The notes beneath the pieces were generated by a model. That model saw only the letters and a list, made by a program, of their open reading frames with translations, did not search any database and was not told the DNA's origin. DNA of 64,000 nt, taken from Paraspadella gotoi (taxonomy: Eukaryota; Animalia; Chaetognatha). The DNA lies in contig CM119271.1 in assembly GCA_051294375.1 (NCBI GenBank), positions 3,620,610 to 3,684,609 on the forward strand, given 5' to 3'. Every line of letters begins with the position of its first letter. Within the stretch, counting starts at the first letter, position 1. The position numbers and the translations under genes were made by a program. Below are positions 26,723-43,367 of this stretch, in pieces.

Positions 26723-28360
26723 AACAGAAAAAGCAAATGAGCTGCCACGCACGCCTGACGGGAAAAAATAGGGGAAAAAAGATTTATGGACAATGACGTT
26801 ATTGAACGATGAACAGCGGATGTCTAGTGACGACCAGAGTGAACGACCTCTCTCTCTCACTTCCCTCCCTCCTCTCTACTCTCTCTCTCTCGTCTCTCTC
26901 TCATCTCTCTCCTTCTTCCTCTCCCTTCACTCTTCTCTCTCTCTCTCTCTGTCGCGGGCCGAGTTTAAGGCCGGGTCTCTCTCTCGTTAATCAAAAAATG
27001 GGAGGAACAGCTTTTTATCGCAAAAATTCCATCGGCCTGCGAGATGCCAAAAGGTCGCGCGACTGGGACAAAAAAATTAAATATTTTTAAAGTTTTAAGA
27101 TTGAAATGCGGGATTGAAAAATTGAATAACTTTGACCTGGTAATATGAAATGGATTTTATCGCTTGAAGTACAAAAGAAAAATGACAAATAAGTGACACA
27201 CGGAAGTAATGACAAAAAAGAAAGAAAGAATGACAAAAAGGACGGCTAAAAAGAGTCTAAAAAACGATTAAGAATGCGGAAGCGAAATTTTTATGTCCAA
27301 TCTTTTACCATTTCACAAACGCTCATATGCAATAAAAATAAGGAAATTTAAAACAAATATAAATTAAGAAGCTATAAATACTGGCAAAAATTATATAGCA
27401 TAAAATATAAAGAATGTGAAAACAAAGATAAATTTTGACTGTTCAAAGCGAGAATGAAAAAAGGACGACATCGCGGGCAAGATGTGAGTTCGTGAAATTC
27501 TCGCGCGCGAAAGGCAAACGCGGTTACGGGGTGAATGACGAAAAGTTTCGGGGTTTAGGTCTCGGGTGTCAGGTCTTAGGACTCAGGTCGGGCGTCTAGG
27601 TAAGGACTTGATGTTCCGATGATTGAGTAAGGCTCGTTGGAGCGGAATGGGAGAGCGGGAAGNNNNNNNNNNNNNNNNNNNNNNNNNNNNNNNNNNNNNN
27701 NNNNNNNNNNNNNNNNNNNNNNNNNNNNNNNNNNNNNNNNNNNNNNNNNNNNNNNNNNNNNNNNNATTCGCCAGTTCCAGCTACACGACAGAGAGATAGA
27801 TTAGAAGAAAGAGAATATCTCTCTCTGACCCAAACTCAAAGCAAACGGTTTGTGAAGGAAGACTGCAGTTAATTGCAGCTTAGGCAAAGCGTCGTCCGTA
27901 AACGACGAAGGAGGAGTAGTTGTCGTCGTCGTCGTCGTTCCCCTCCCCCCTGCCCCCGTCCCGCCCCCCTCCCGCTCGCTCACTCGATACATGAGAGTGG
28001 TTCTTTTTGAATGAAGCTCTTTTTTTTCTCTGTTAATAGAGATTTTATTTTAGGAATATCTATCTCCGAAACGACTAAAAACGATGGACAAAAACGACGA
28101 TGACGACAACCTCAACGACAACGACNNNNNNNNNNNNNNNNNNNNNNNNNNNNNNNNNNNNNNNNNNNNNNNNNNNNNNNNNNNNNNNNNNNNNNNNNNN
28201 NNNNNNNNNNNNNNNNNNNNGATTGATTGATTGATTGATTGATTGATCGATTGTTTGGTTCATTAAAATGCCTAAAAATAAAAACGAACGAAAATGTACG
28301 AAAAGTAGGTAAATGAGGTATTATTTTCAGACTATATTGTATAAATGAGTAAAAGAGAAT

Positions 28361-28403
<43 letters not shown>

Positions 28404-30586
28404 GTCGAATCACGTGAATGCAGGTCACGCTTGTCCCGTCGTCGTGAAATGGGTTTCACTGATGACGCCGAGTCTTCGATTCGCGGCGCCGAAACTCGTA
28501 AAATCTGTGAAGAGTGAAAAAAATGAGCGGTTGCGTGCGTGTAAATGCGCGTGAGTGCGCGTGAGTGCGCGTGAGAGCGAATTCACTGAAGAGTGAGGTT
28601 AAGAAGTTAAAATGTCGGAATTTGAAAGAGTCGCGCGTTTGTTACAATTTTGTATGTCGTTGTTTAGGTTGTAATTTAGCGTATTGGTGATGTTTCTCGC
28701 TTTTCTGGTTTTCTCAGAACTGTGGACCGCGGACTACATTCCAATGCACTCAACTCCAGTGTGGCTTTGCTTTGTTTTGTTTTGTTTTTTTTGTTTTGCT
28801 TTGCTTTGCTTTGCTTTGCTTTGCTGTTGTTGTTTTTGTTTTCGGTGTCGAAGTCGCGGTTGATGCTCAAAATGACATTTGAAAAGTATATATAGTCAGG
28901 AAGTAAATATAAAGTCAGGAAAACTACTTATGGTTAATTAAAAATTGTATATTTAATAGGGAAAATAATCGATGCTCTTATGACGTATTATTCGAGTTGA
29001 AAAGGAAAAAGAAAGAAAAGTAAAAGGACCGAGAAAGAGAAGAGCGCGGGGAAGAAAGACAGAGAAAAAAAATAAGAGCAGACCCGGAAATATTTGAAAA
29101 AATTAATTCTTTTTTTTTAAAAAAATGGCAACCAAAACTAAAGTGGCGGGAAAAAAAAAGGCGCAAAACTCTGATTGAGTAGTACGAATCGATCGACTCG
29201 AGAGAAGCCAATAGAAAGAGCAGGAGAGAGAGCGAAGCAGCAACGAGAGAAATCGAGAGGAGATAGGAGAAGAGAGCAGAGACTGAGATGGCACACCGAG
29301 CGCAGACAGAGACGAGAGACAGAGACGACAGCAGACGAACTCGGTCAGAGAGAGCAGAAACGACAGAAGGAATAAAGGGAAGAAAATTGGAAAAGAAGCA
29401 CAGGATAATCCTACTGTTTCGACGACGACGACGACGACGAGGACGACAACGACGACGACGACGAGGGAGTTGAAATTAAACGAAGAATCATTCGTTGCTA
29501 GGCGACGCGACGAGCGCGTCTTTTTCACCGACTTGGCACGGAGTCACAGCATTGAGGCCTCGTTCTTGATGAGCGAGAGGGGGAGTCACGTTATCTGTTC
29601 ACGAATAAATTCAAAATAGTAGGATCTTCGTTTGTCGAAGTTGAATCCAGAATAAAACTAATCATACGTACATACAAGGAATACGTTTTTTCCTGAATTC
29701 ATACTTTAAGGAAATTGCTTTAGAATTAAATTTTCTTCGCGTCGGATGTTGTCAATGATTAAAAAAAATGAAATACTTTACTTTAAATTACAACTAAATT
29801 TACCAAATGGTTTAGGACAACAATTTTCAAGAATTCTCAACCGCTCTTAACAAGCGTGGCTCGATAAGCATTGTACTCTCGCTTTCGCTATCGCTTCGCT
29901 GTTCTATTCTCTCTGCATCTCTCTCTCTCTCTATCTCTCTCTCTCGTGACTCTCTCTCCTTCTCCTCTCTCTCCGTCTTCGTCCTCCCAGTCTTCTCTCT
30001 CTCTCGTCCCCTCTCTCTTCTCTCATCTCTCCTTCTTTCTGCTCTTTTATTTTTGCTCACAGTTGCAGCCGGTGCTGCTATCTCTAGTTCTGGTGGACCG
30101 TGTTCTAGTCTCTCTCTCGGCATTAAGACTTACTTTCCATCATGCGCAGGACCGTCTTCTCTCTCTCTACTCTCGCTCCACTCTTCTTCTCTTCCTTCTC
30201 CCGTCTATGCGCTCGTCGCTTCGCCCTTCTTCCTCTTCCTCGTTGCATGCTCTCTTCATCTCTCTATCTCTCTTCCTCTCTTCTCCCGACCTCTCTCTCG
30301 TTCTCTGGTGTTCTAGTCACCATCGGCGCTGCCGTGGCCGTACATAGCTACTCGAGTGATACCTTTCTGTCGATAGCAGGAACATCTTTCGGGTTCTGCG
30401 ACACGTCCCCCGGAGTCCTCGTCTAACCTGTCCACCCACACCTCTCTTCTCCACTCTCTCCCTCTCTCCCCCCTCTCCTCTCTCGCCCATATACTCTCCC
30501 TCCGGTTATACGTGACGTCTAGAACATTTGCTTTTCCTTCTGTCCGATGAGACGCCTACGCCAGGTATGGTATCAGCGTGAGAGGA

Positions 30587-30638
<52 letters not shown>

Positions 30639-30727
30639 AGAAGAGAGAGAGAGGAGAGAAAAAAGGGGATGAAAGAAGGAATGGAGAAAAGAATGAATTA
30701 AGCTTCGTTTTTTTCGTTATTTTTTGT

Positions 30728-30733
30728 TTTATT
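30728..30733 (-). terminator. Putative polyadenylation signal (AATAAA) of TDO
   Basis: AATAAA on the minus strand ~210 nt after the TDO stop codon. The AT-rich context makes a chance match possible. Confidence 0.4.
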
Positions 30734-30942
30734 TATAAACAACTTCTTAAAAATAAAAAAAGAAAATCAAAAGATGAACAAAAAGAAAACCCTGATAAAC
30801 AATATGTTGGTTAATACATTTCCAGTTAGTATAAGAATTATAAAAATCATTCCATCAGAGTACAGATAGAGCCCTGTACGCAAGGCGCCACTTCCAAGGT
30901 GCACGCGGTAAGGCGCGATGATTTAGAGACCGACCGACCAGT

Positions 30943-34221
<3,279 letters not shown>

Positions 34222-34478
34222 ATCGAATTCGTTAAAAAAAGCAAATGTCTTTTGACTTTTCGTCAATTTTAAATTTAAACGCGACGCTGCTATTCAAAAA
34301 AAATATATACATATATATTTTTTTTCATTTTTCTGAGTGAAGTTTTGTCGTTCGAAGCTGATGAGTTATTTCGTATTCAATATTCTCTCATTTTAATCGA
34401 TCTAGTTAACTTTCATGCATTTATTCAAAAATTGAGTTAAAAGGAGACTGGGCATACATAACCATCAACAATTTCGCG

Positions 34479-34513
<35 letters not shown>

Positions 34514-36240
34514 GAGAGCAGGAGACGCAGACGACCGAGACGGACACGAGAGCGACGAGACGAGGAGAGAGACAGGAGCACGAGAGATGGGAGCAGAGAT
34601 ATGCCATAGAAAAGATAGACCCAGGACGAGCGATCAAGAAACAAGAAAGCGTGAAATTAGAGTGAAAGCTGAATTAAAAAATAAAAAAAAAAACAAATAA
34701 AAAAAAAACAAAAACTAAGACATCGAGATGAAAACGTGGTCCGTTTCTTAAATTTGCCAATAATTCTAATTCGAAATTGGCCGCCGATGAACGGTTGGTG
34801 GATTTTAGTCCACCATAAAAAATATCAAATTTTACAGAAAAGGCGGAATAAGGAATCGTCGCGTTCATTTTATAATTCCTAATAACTAACAGTACATCGA
34901 ACCGTAAATACTTTGGTTTAATCATGCAATAAGAAATGAAATATGAGGCCTTTTCCTAATTCTGTCTCGTCTGCTCAAAAGGCGGGAAAAATCTTTCCGC
35001 TCTGTGATCAAGATCCTTCAACGAGAAACTTTGTCAAAAGAGTTGTCGCTTTGTGTTGTCGTCGTCTTCGTCGTCGTCGTCGTCCTCGTCGTCGTCGTCG
35101 TCGTCGTCAGCCCGTTGATTTTCTCGGAGGCAAAACCTAATATACTTGAACAAAATGAATAACAAGTTTCACCCTCGTCAAAAATCTTTATGAAATTGGT
35201 ACAACCAATATATATATATATGTGGTGAACAACTTGATTCCCGGATGGAGCGTCGTGACCGGAAATGTTTCACCACGCGCGTTGACGCCGCGGGATCAGA
35301 GACGTAGGCGTTGCAAATCGGCGTCGTCAGATCGGCGTCATTTAGCGCGGAGTTTTTAGCTTGCCTAGCAGCTTGATAAAATTGTTCTTGAACAAAGCTT
35401 GTTTTGTTCTTTAATAAAAAACAATACCTTAATAAAATAATAAAGCATATAGATATTCTATATGCATATAAAAAGGCAAAACACAAGCAATAGCAAGCAA
35501 ATACTAATATTACCAATAACAAGCATTAATAATAATCTTTTGTTAAAGCAGTGACTCCATGACAATAAGTTTCTTTTATGATTGAGTAAAGCATAGTGAA
35601 AAGTTTCACTTAACAGAGTATAATTGTTACCACTAGTTAGAGCTATGATCTATAAGTTGTTTATCTTGTTCACTTGTTTCAGGATAAGTATTTTAACAGA
35701 CTACAAAAACTATAATAATCATGTTGGAATATCTAACATATTATAGGAAATAATGGTGCTTCTTAGTAAGCACCACTAATGTGGAAAAGGCCAAGGATCG
35801 AAATCTCGATCCGTTTCTTTTTATTTAGTTTAATTTAATTGTTTAATATAAATTAGTTTATAATGAGAGAGTCTTTCGTGGCCTCAATTGAGAATTAGAT
35901 TGTCTCCATGCTCGGGTATCGGAAGAAATCGGGAACGAATCCACATAACTTACATAAATAGGTATGTAAAGTCCAAATCTAATTGTCACAGGAAATTAAT
36001 TCAGTGACGTTAACCTACGTCGTCGTCGTCGTCGTCGTCATTGTCTTTTCCTTCCGCTTTCCCGTGAAAAAAAAAACTTGTTTGTTCATATTATCTCTTA
36101 ATTTTAACGAATTATATTTTTTTAAATTTTTTCAATTTGTTTTCTAGTTCATTGAAAGAGAGAGAAAGAGAGAGAGAGCGAGAGCGAGAGAGAGAAATAA
36201 AAAAAATGTTCCGTTAATCTGTTTAGAATTTTTTTTTCGG

Positions 36241-36290
36241 AGTGGGCGTGTCTCTCCGCCCGTTCACTTCCGGTCGCGAGAAAATGTCGT
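36241..36290. promoter_or_regulatory. Candidate promoter motif cluster ~2 kb upstream of the TDO start codon
   Basis: Within 50 bp: GGGCGTG and CCGCCC (GC-box-like), CACTTCCGG (ETS core), TCGCGAGA and AAAATGTCG (YY1-like). Further CACTTCCG near 36408 and AAGATGGCG near 36544. Motif match only. Confidence 0.4.
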
Positions 36291-37948
36291 TGTCTCTCTC
36301 TCCTTCCAGTTTCTCCTCTTTCTTCTCCTCTCTCCCCTCTCTCTCTCTTCTCTCTCTCTCTCTCTTACACACGCCACAGCGGGGAAAGAATAGATTAGGA
36401 GAAAAATCACTTCCGCCTAATCTTACTTTTTCTAATTTATTTTTACAGTAAAGAGAGAAAAAGAAAATAACGAACGGAAGGAAAACTGTTTTTTCGATTG
36501 TGAATAAAAAATTTTTAAAAGCGTAAAAAACGAAAATAGAAGGAAGATGGCGAAATAGGTCCCGCTGATTCTCAAATTGCGTCCGAGGATACGAATTTTG
36601 AAAACACGAAAACAAAAGTCGGATCGAAGTTGAATGAAATTTAGTTTAGACTTTTAGTTAAAGAATGGATTCTCTGTGATTTCACAGGTTTTTTTCCGAT
36701 TTTAATCGAGTGAAATTTAAAGGTCAATGGATTTATTGTTAAATGTTATCTCGGTTTGTTTACTTTTAGATTCGTTCGATTCGCGCGAGACTCGACGGTA
36801 TAAAGCGATTGCAACCTCAAACGATCGGCGTTTGACGTTTTATTCGATGCGCGGAGATAAAATGAAAATTGGAATATGGTTAAAAAAATAGAATGGAACG
36901 TTTTAAAAAATGAAACGGATTAAAAAAAAAAAAAGGGAACAAGTACTTTTGGGCCAAATAAAAATGCCAAATATATTTCTTGATTAAAAAAAGAATAGAA
37001 TGCAGGGAGACTGCGAGTAAACTTTGTTTAATTAAAATATACACTTTCGTGACACGGAAACGTCCGAAATGTCGAAATGTCAAAATGTTCGCTATGACAA
37101 AAGGTTTTATCTTCAAGAGAAAGTTCACATTCTTTTTTTTTTAAATGTATAATCACCGTATACTTAAGTTTTTTGCCTTTTTTTAAAACAAATTAGATTA
37201 TGTCAGGAAAAAATGTAAAAATAAGAGAGAAAAAAATTTTTAAAAAATTACTCAAAAGGAGAACCGATTTGACAACCGACAAGAAAATTATTACTCGGAA
37301 TTCGACAGAAAGAGAAAGTTAGAGAGAGAAAGAATAATCAGGCTCAGACTGTATCAATATCATAGTAGCGGGTCTTTACATTTTTTCATCATCTTTTTTT
37401 TAGTTTTTTTTTTAAATTACTTTATTTTGAAATTGGTTGTTTTAAATGATTCGAATGCTCGGAAATCTATTTTTTCAACCCTTCATTCTATATAAAACAC
37501 ATAAGTTTTTTATTTAAAAAAAACTGTTGCCGTTATAATCTTATTAAACTATCAGAATATCATCACAGGAAACGGATTGATTGAATTTTATAAAAAAGTA
37601 TAAAGAACCCTTTTAGACTGACTAACCGACCATAAAATAATCTCAATGAACCTTGACTTGAAAAAGAAAAATGTTGCAGAGAATAATTAAGTCGAAAGTT
37701 GAAAACCTGAAATGAAAAAATTGGAAAAATTCAATTCGTCATCGAAAAGTTGGAAATAGAAAAAAAATAATTTTTATTTATTGTTAAATGTATACTAATA
37801 AATGATTTTTATTTATTGTTAAATGTATACAAATAAATCAAAATCTTTTTTGGAACTTTGGATGTGGAACTTTCCTCCTCAACTACGATGTTGTCAGAAG
37901 AGAGAGGGAGAATTNNNNNNNNNNNNNNNNNNNNNNNNNTATTTCTGA

Positions 37949-37949
<1 letters not shown>

Positions 37950-38014
<65 letters not shown>

Positions 38015-41000
38015 GAGAGAGAGAACAAACGACATTTTCTCCGCCGGAAGTGAACGGGCGGAAGAGACACGCCCACTCCGAAAAACATATTCTAACAATT
38101 AACGGAACATTTTTTATTATTCTCTCTCTCGCTCCGTCTCTCTCTCATTCTCTCTCTTTCAATAACTAGAAAAACAAATGAAAAAATTTAAAAAAAATAT
38201 TATTCCGTTTAAATTAATAGATAATATGAACAAACAAGTTTTTTTTCTTCCGGAAAGCGGAAGAAAAGACAATGACCGACGACGAGACGACGACGACGAC
38301 GAGACGTAGTTACGTCACTGAAATTATTTCCTGTTGACAATTTAGATTTTGGACTTTACATACCTATTATAGTAGTTATGTGGAGGTTCTTCCGATTTCT
38401 TCCGATACCCGAGCATGGAGACATTCTAATTACTCCAATTGAGGCACGAAAGACTCATCTCATTATAAAACTAATTATATATTAAACAATTAAATTAAAC
38501 TTAAATAAAAACAGAAAGGCATCGAGATTCGATCCTTGGACTTTATCCGCCATTAGCGGGTGATTACTAAGAAGCCACAATATTTTCTTTTAAAATATTG
38601 ATAGGATTTATTCCAACATTGTTATTATAGATTTGTAGTCTGTTTAAAATTACTTATCCTAAACAATGAAACAAGATAAAACTTATGTCGTAGCTCTAAC
38701 TGAGTGGTACACATTAATCACTCTGTATAAGTGAAATTTTCATATCTTACTTCAATCATAAAAGAAATTATATGTTCTGGAGCACTGGCTTAAACAAAGA
38801 TTATTACTTAATGCTGTTGATGTAATATTAGTATTTGTGCTATTGTTTTTCTTATGTTTGCCTTTTTTATGCATATAGAATATCTATTGCTATATTTTAT
38901 TTATATTGTATTTTTATTAAAGAACAAACAAGCTTTGTTCAGAACATTTTATTCAAGTGCTAAGGCAAGCTAAAAACTCGCGCTAGTCATGACCGCGATC
39001 GACGACGCGATTGCACGCCTACGTCTCTGATCCCGCGGCTGTCAAGCGCGTGGTGAACTCTTCTCGGTCAGCGACGTCTTCCGGAATCACAGTTGTCTCC
39101 ACCATCATATTTAATTATATTGGTTGGTACCCAATTCATAACAAGATTTTTGACCGAGGGTTAAACCTGTTATTGCATGTTCATTCTTAGGATATAGGTT
39201 GTTAGCCTCCGAGAAAAATAAACGCAGGCCATTAGACGACGACGACGACAGCGACGAGGAACGACGACGACGCACGAATGACGAACGACACACAAAGACG
39301 ACAACTCTTTTGACAAGTTTCTGTCGTTGGAATCTTTAATCACCCAGTAGCGGAAGATTTTCCCGCCTTATTCGAGCCAGACGAGAACAGAATTAGGAAA
39401 AAGGCTCATATATTTCATTTCTTATGTGCATGATTAAACCCCAAGTTAATTTACGCATGTTCGTGTACTGGTTAGTTATTAGGAATTATAAAATGTAAGC
39501 GACGATTCCTGCTATTCCGCCTTATCTGTAACAATTTGATATTTTTATGGTGGACTAAAAATCCACGCAACCGTTCATCGGTCGGCCAATTTTCGAGATT
39601 AGAATTATTGGCTCAAATTTAAGGAACGGGACCACGGTTTTCATCTCGACTGTCTTGAGTTTTGTTTTTTTTTTATTTGTTTTTTTTTATTTTTTAATCC
39701 AGCTTTCACTCTAATTTCACGCTGTTCTTGTTTTCTTGATCGCGCGTCGTCCTGGGTCTATCTTTTCTATGGTCATATCTCTCTCTGCCTTGCTCTCTCT
39801 CTCTCTCTCTCTCTCTCTCTGCTCTCTCTCTCTTCTCTCTCTGTGTGTGTGTGCTCTCTCTCTCTCTCTCTCTTCCCCGCGGAAATGGGTGGATTGGTTA
39901 TGTCAATGGCCCAGTCTCCTTTTAACTCAATTTTTGAATAAAGCATGAATGTTAACTAGATCGAATTAAAATGAGAGAATATTGCAATACGAAATAACTC
40001 GATCAGCTTCGAACACAATAAACTTCACTCAGAAAAATGAAAAAAAAATTATTATGTATTATATTTTTTTGAATAGCAGGCGTTCGCGTTTAACTTTTAA
40101 AAATTGACTCGAAAAAGTCAAAATGACATTGTGCTTTTTTTTAACGAATTCGATATTGGAAGCGAACGGAAAACTCAATCGGCAAACGGAATTATCCGGG
40201 ATCGAGCGTCTCGCCGATAAAAACAAAGGTTAAGTGGAGAGTAACGGATGTAAACATTTTGTGGGAATCGGCTAAACCTTATTTCGTCAAGTCTTAAATA
40301 CTTTACCTTTACTGAAACAAGGGTTTATATTTTATTTTTTTGGACGTTGTTTATAGTTCTACCTGTTATTATATTTGGACAATTTTGATTGTCCTTTGGC
40401 TACGCGTAGGAATTTTTTGAAATTATGTTCCTTAAAAAAACTACGAAATGAGTTTTAGTATGAGAAAGCATTTTGAAAAAAATAAAAAAAAAACTAGATC
40501 AGTCAAATTAAAATATAAAAGCGTTTTGAGGGACTGACAAAATTATCCCAATCATTATTAAAATTTTAATTTTTAGAGAAAACGACGAATTACGGATCGG
40601 ATACAGATGATTAACATTCCGACTATTCGTTAAGCATTAGTTTTCTTAAAGCGGCGAAGTGTGTGATATATTGTTTGTATTATCGTGTATGTTTCCGGCG
40701 CAGGATAACAAAAAGGAAAAGGGTTTAACTACGGAACTTATTTTACGAATGGACAAGATTTTGACGGCGCAAAACATGAACACCTCCGTCCACGACGAGC
40801 ATCATCTTTCTATCATCACCGATCAGGCGACGTGGGGGCTTTGTTTTTATATTTATCATTATTTAATTTATTCTATTTTGTCAGATTAATCCAGAATTCG
40901 ATTCAAAATATTGAATGACTCTCTAATTGTGTGTAATACCAAAAAAAAAAAGCAACACGAAATTATTAATGAATGAATCAGCCTATCAGCCTGGCTGATC

Positions 41001-42170
41001 GAATGAACAGACGAACCGATGAAGGTATAAATTAAACCAAACTTTAATCCCCGATCGAAATATCTTCCTCGAACCTCTGCAACTTTCTCCGCTCAGGCTC
41101 TACGATACTTTGGTTCAAACAGATCATTTTCGAGTTGGATTCATCCCGCCCAACTTTTCCAAGATGTTGTCGCTAAAAGAGAGAGAGAATGTTGGAAGTC
41201 GTCACGAGGTTAGTTCGTGAAGAAAAGAAGAACGGTATTATTATTTATTAATCCATTTACTTTGTCATCGGTATATCTTATCAACGTTTTATCCCGATCG
41301 TTGACCGAATATGGCCCGACGATCACCTATGTGCGTTACAACACAGATTGGGACGAATCGTCGGTGGTTTTAAAGTCCAGAGCGCACGATATTCCGCTTC
41401 AATTTTCTCTATTTTTCCTCCTCTCTCTCCTCCCAGAGTAGTGGGGCGAATCGGTCCAATATGGCGCCTTGGCTCGTCGACCAGTTCTCCATTCTCGAGA
41501 CGATGTCGGTCGCGCTCGACTTTATGAACTTTCGCGAATCTCTGGCGCCGCATCCGGAGTTCTCTTCAGTTCCCGTATTTCATGGAAGAACAAACTGGGA
41601 AATCCAAGAGGAACCAGAGACACCAAGTGGAGTTCGGCGTTCAGCAATCGGCGTTGATCTGACGGTAATCCATGAAGCCAAGCGAGACGCCAAGCTTCGA
41701 TTGGGCTCGCTGGGCCACTGCAGAGCAGCAACTCTTTAATGCGAATATTACTCGCTTCGTTAAACAGCCAGTCCGGGCATACGGCAGGCCTCATATCCCA
41801 ACATTCCCCTTCATTCAGCGTCGTATGATAAGAGCCACGCCCCTTCATTTTTTTTCCCCGCCAGATCTTACGCTCAGTGCAATCCAGCGTCTTATTGAAG
41901 ACGAGCAGACGAGAAATAAGTTGCTGCGTCAATCGACGGGAAAGAGAATGTCTCTGGTGGACTGCGTCGGAGAGATGGTTAGGAGCGGACGCCGGGATTG
42001 GACTAGTTGTGGTTCGAGAGCAGTTGGATTCATTGGTTGAAGGAGAGTTGGCTAATGATCGCATATCTGTCCCGCCTTATTTTAAAATCTTACTTAGTTG
42101 ATATTAAGGGCGGATGTCATTTCGTGGCGCCTCGAAAATTCAATCCGCGGCGTCAGTGAGGCATTGCTGG
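37950..42170. repeat. Right arm of a ~4 kb inverted duplication (left arm ~32340-36365)
   Basis: 38030-38110 is the reverse complement of 36200-36290, and collinearity continues to ~42170 versus ~32340. A ~1.6 kb unique spacer separates the arms. Confidence 0.93.
40155..42170 (+). pseudogene. Indel-ridden inverted partial copy of TDO (exons 1-5 and start of exon 6, introns included); probably an assembly artefact
   Basis: Reverse complement of ~32340-34221 with frequent 1-2 nt indels in exons and introns alike (start codon reads ATTG; fragments [52 protein letters not shown]). It is part of a larger inverted arm starting at a 25-N gap. Confidence 0.75.
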
Positions 42171-42533
42171 GTCTCGCGAACGATCTTCACAAGTGTTGAA
42201 GTCACGAGACTGATAGCTCTTGCAAATTCTCTGTCTCTGCGTCCGCTCGAGAGAGAGAGAGAGAGAGACCTACATCAAGTCCTGAAAGCGAACTTTACCT
42301 TCGCTAAATCCGGATTCAGAATTTCGTTTTTATCGCTTCTGAGTTGGAATACAAAATAATTTGCATATAACCGCTTCTAAGCGGAAAAGGGTAGAAGTAG
42401 ATGGGAATGGGGAGTAACTAAGAGAGATATTGAGTTAGAGAGAGAGAGAGAGAGATTACGTAAAATATAAAAAATTGCAAACCCTCACATACAAAGATAG
42501 ACCTTGAATACATCTAGATAGACAGGAATTACA

Positions 42534-42974
42534 TACTCTGGGAGTGAATAAACGGGACTGTGAGAGAGTCTTGATTGAAAGCTTGCAGGGACCTGCTATG
42601 TCATTATCTTGTAAGAGTGATGGAGCCCTTAAACCACCAAAGCCTGTCCGAAGTTAGGGGCAAGATAGCTTACTTATTAAATGAATGGATAATTTTTATA
42701 TTAGTTGTACCAATTTCATACATACGTACATTACCTGGATAATCTTTATATTGGAGGTACCAATTTCAGCTACTTGTATTTTGATGCTATTGCGGAGTAC
42801 AATATAGTATTCCCCGATCTAATACTTAGATGAGTGGTACTTTTATACAATTGAAACATTCTTTGAAATATTATACAACTTCATTGATAGGGAAGCCAGG
42901 TATTCTGGAAGTGAATAAACGAGACTGTGAAAGAGTCTTGATAGAAAGCTTGCAGGGTCCTGCTATGTTATTAT
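42534..42974 (+). repeat. 74 bp direct repeat (42534-42607 and 42901-42974), possibly a decayed Gag-like coding relic
   Basis: The copies differ only by substitutions, and both translate to VNKRDCERVLIESLQGPAM. Confidence 0.6.
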
Positions 42975-42996
42975 TGTGAAAGACGTCTTTAACCCG

Positions 42997-43367
42997 ACAG
43001 GAGGACCGTCTGTCCAGAGATAAACAGGACAGTCTGTCCAGTGATAAACAGGAGAACAGTCTCTCTAGAGATAAACAGGAGGACAGTCTCTCAAGAGATA
43101 AACAGGAGGACGGTCTGTCTTGAGAGAAACAGGAGGACGGTCTGTCTTGAGAGAAACAGGAGAACAGTCTGTCGAGAGATAANNNNNNNNNNNNNNNNNN
43201 NNNNNNNNNNNNNNNNNNNNNNNNNNNNNNNNNNNNNNNNNNNNNNNNNNNNNNNNNNNNNNAACAGGAGAACAGTCTGTCGAGAGATAAACAGGAGAAC
43301 AGTCTGTCTAGAGATAAACAGGAGGACAGTCTGTCCAGAGATAAACAGAACAACAGTCTGACGAGAG
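42997..43367. repeat. 27 bp minisatellite (AAACAGGAGAACAGTCTGTCTAGAGAT-like), running into gaps
   Basis: About 10 visible head-to-tail units; they account for the NRRTVCLEI and LSLDRLFSC periodic ORFs. Confidence 0.92.

Noticed and set aside
29827-30560. Ser/Leu- and Arg/Glu-rich ORFs (also 25937-26566 and 55106-56490)
   Set aside because: Noisy renderings of (TC)/(GA) microsatellites, typical of unpolished long-read fill.
35230-35400. GC-rich open frame EQFYQAARQAKNSALNDADLTTPICNAY on the minus strand upstream of TDO
   Set aside because: No clear donor site and no recognisable homology; left unannotated.
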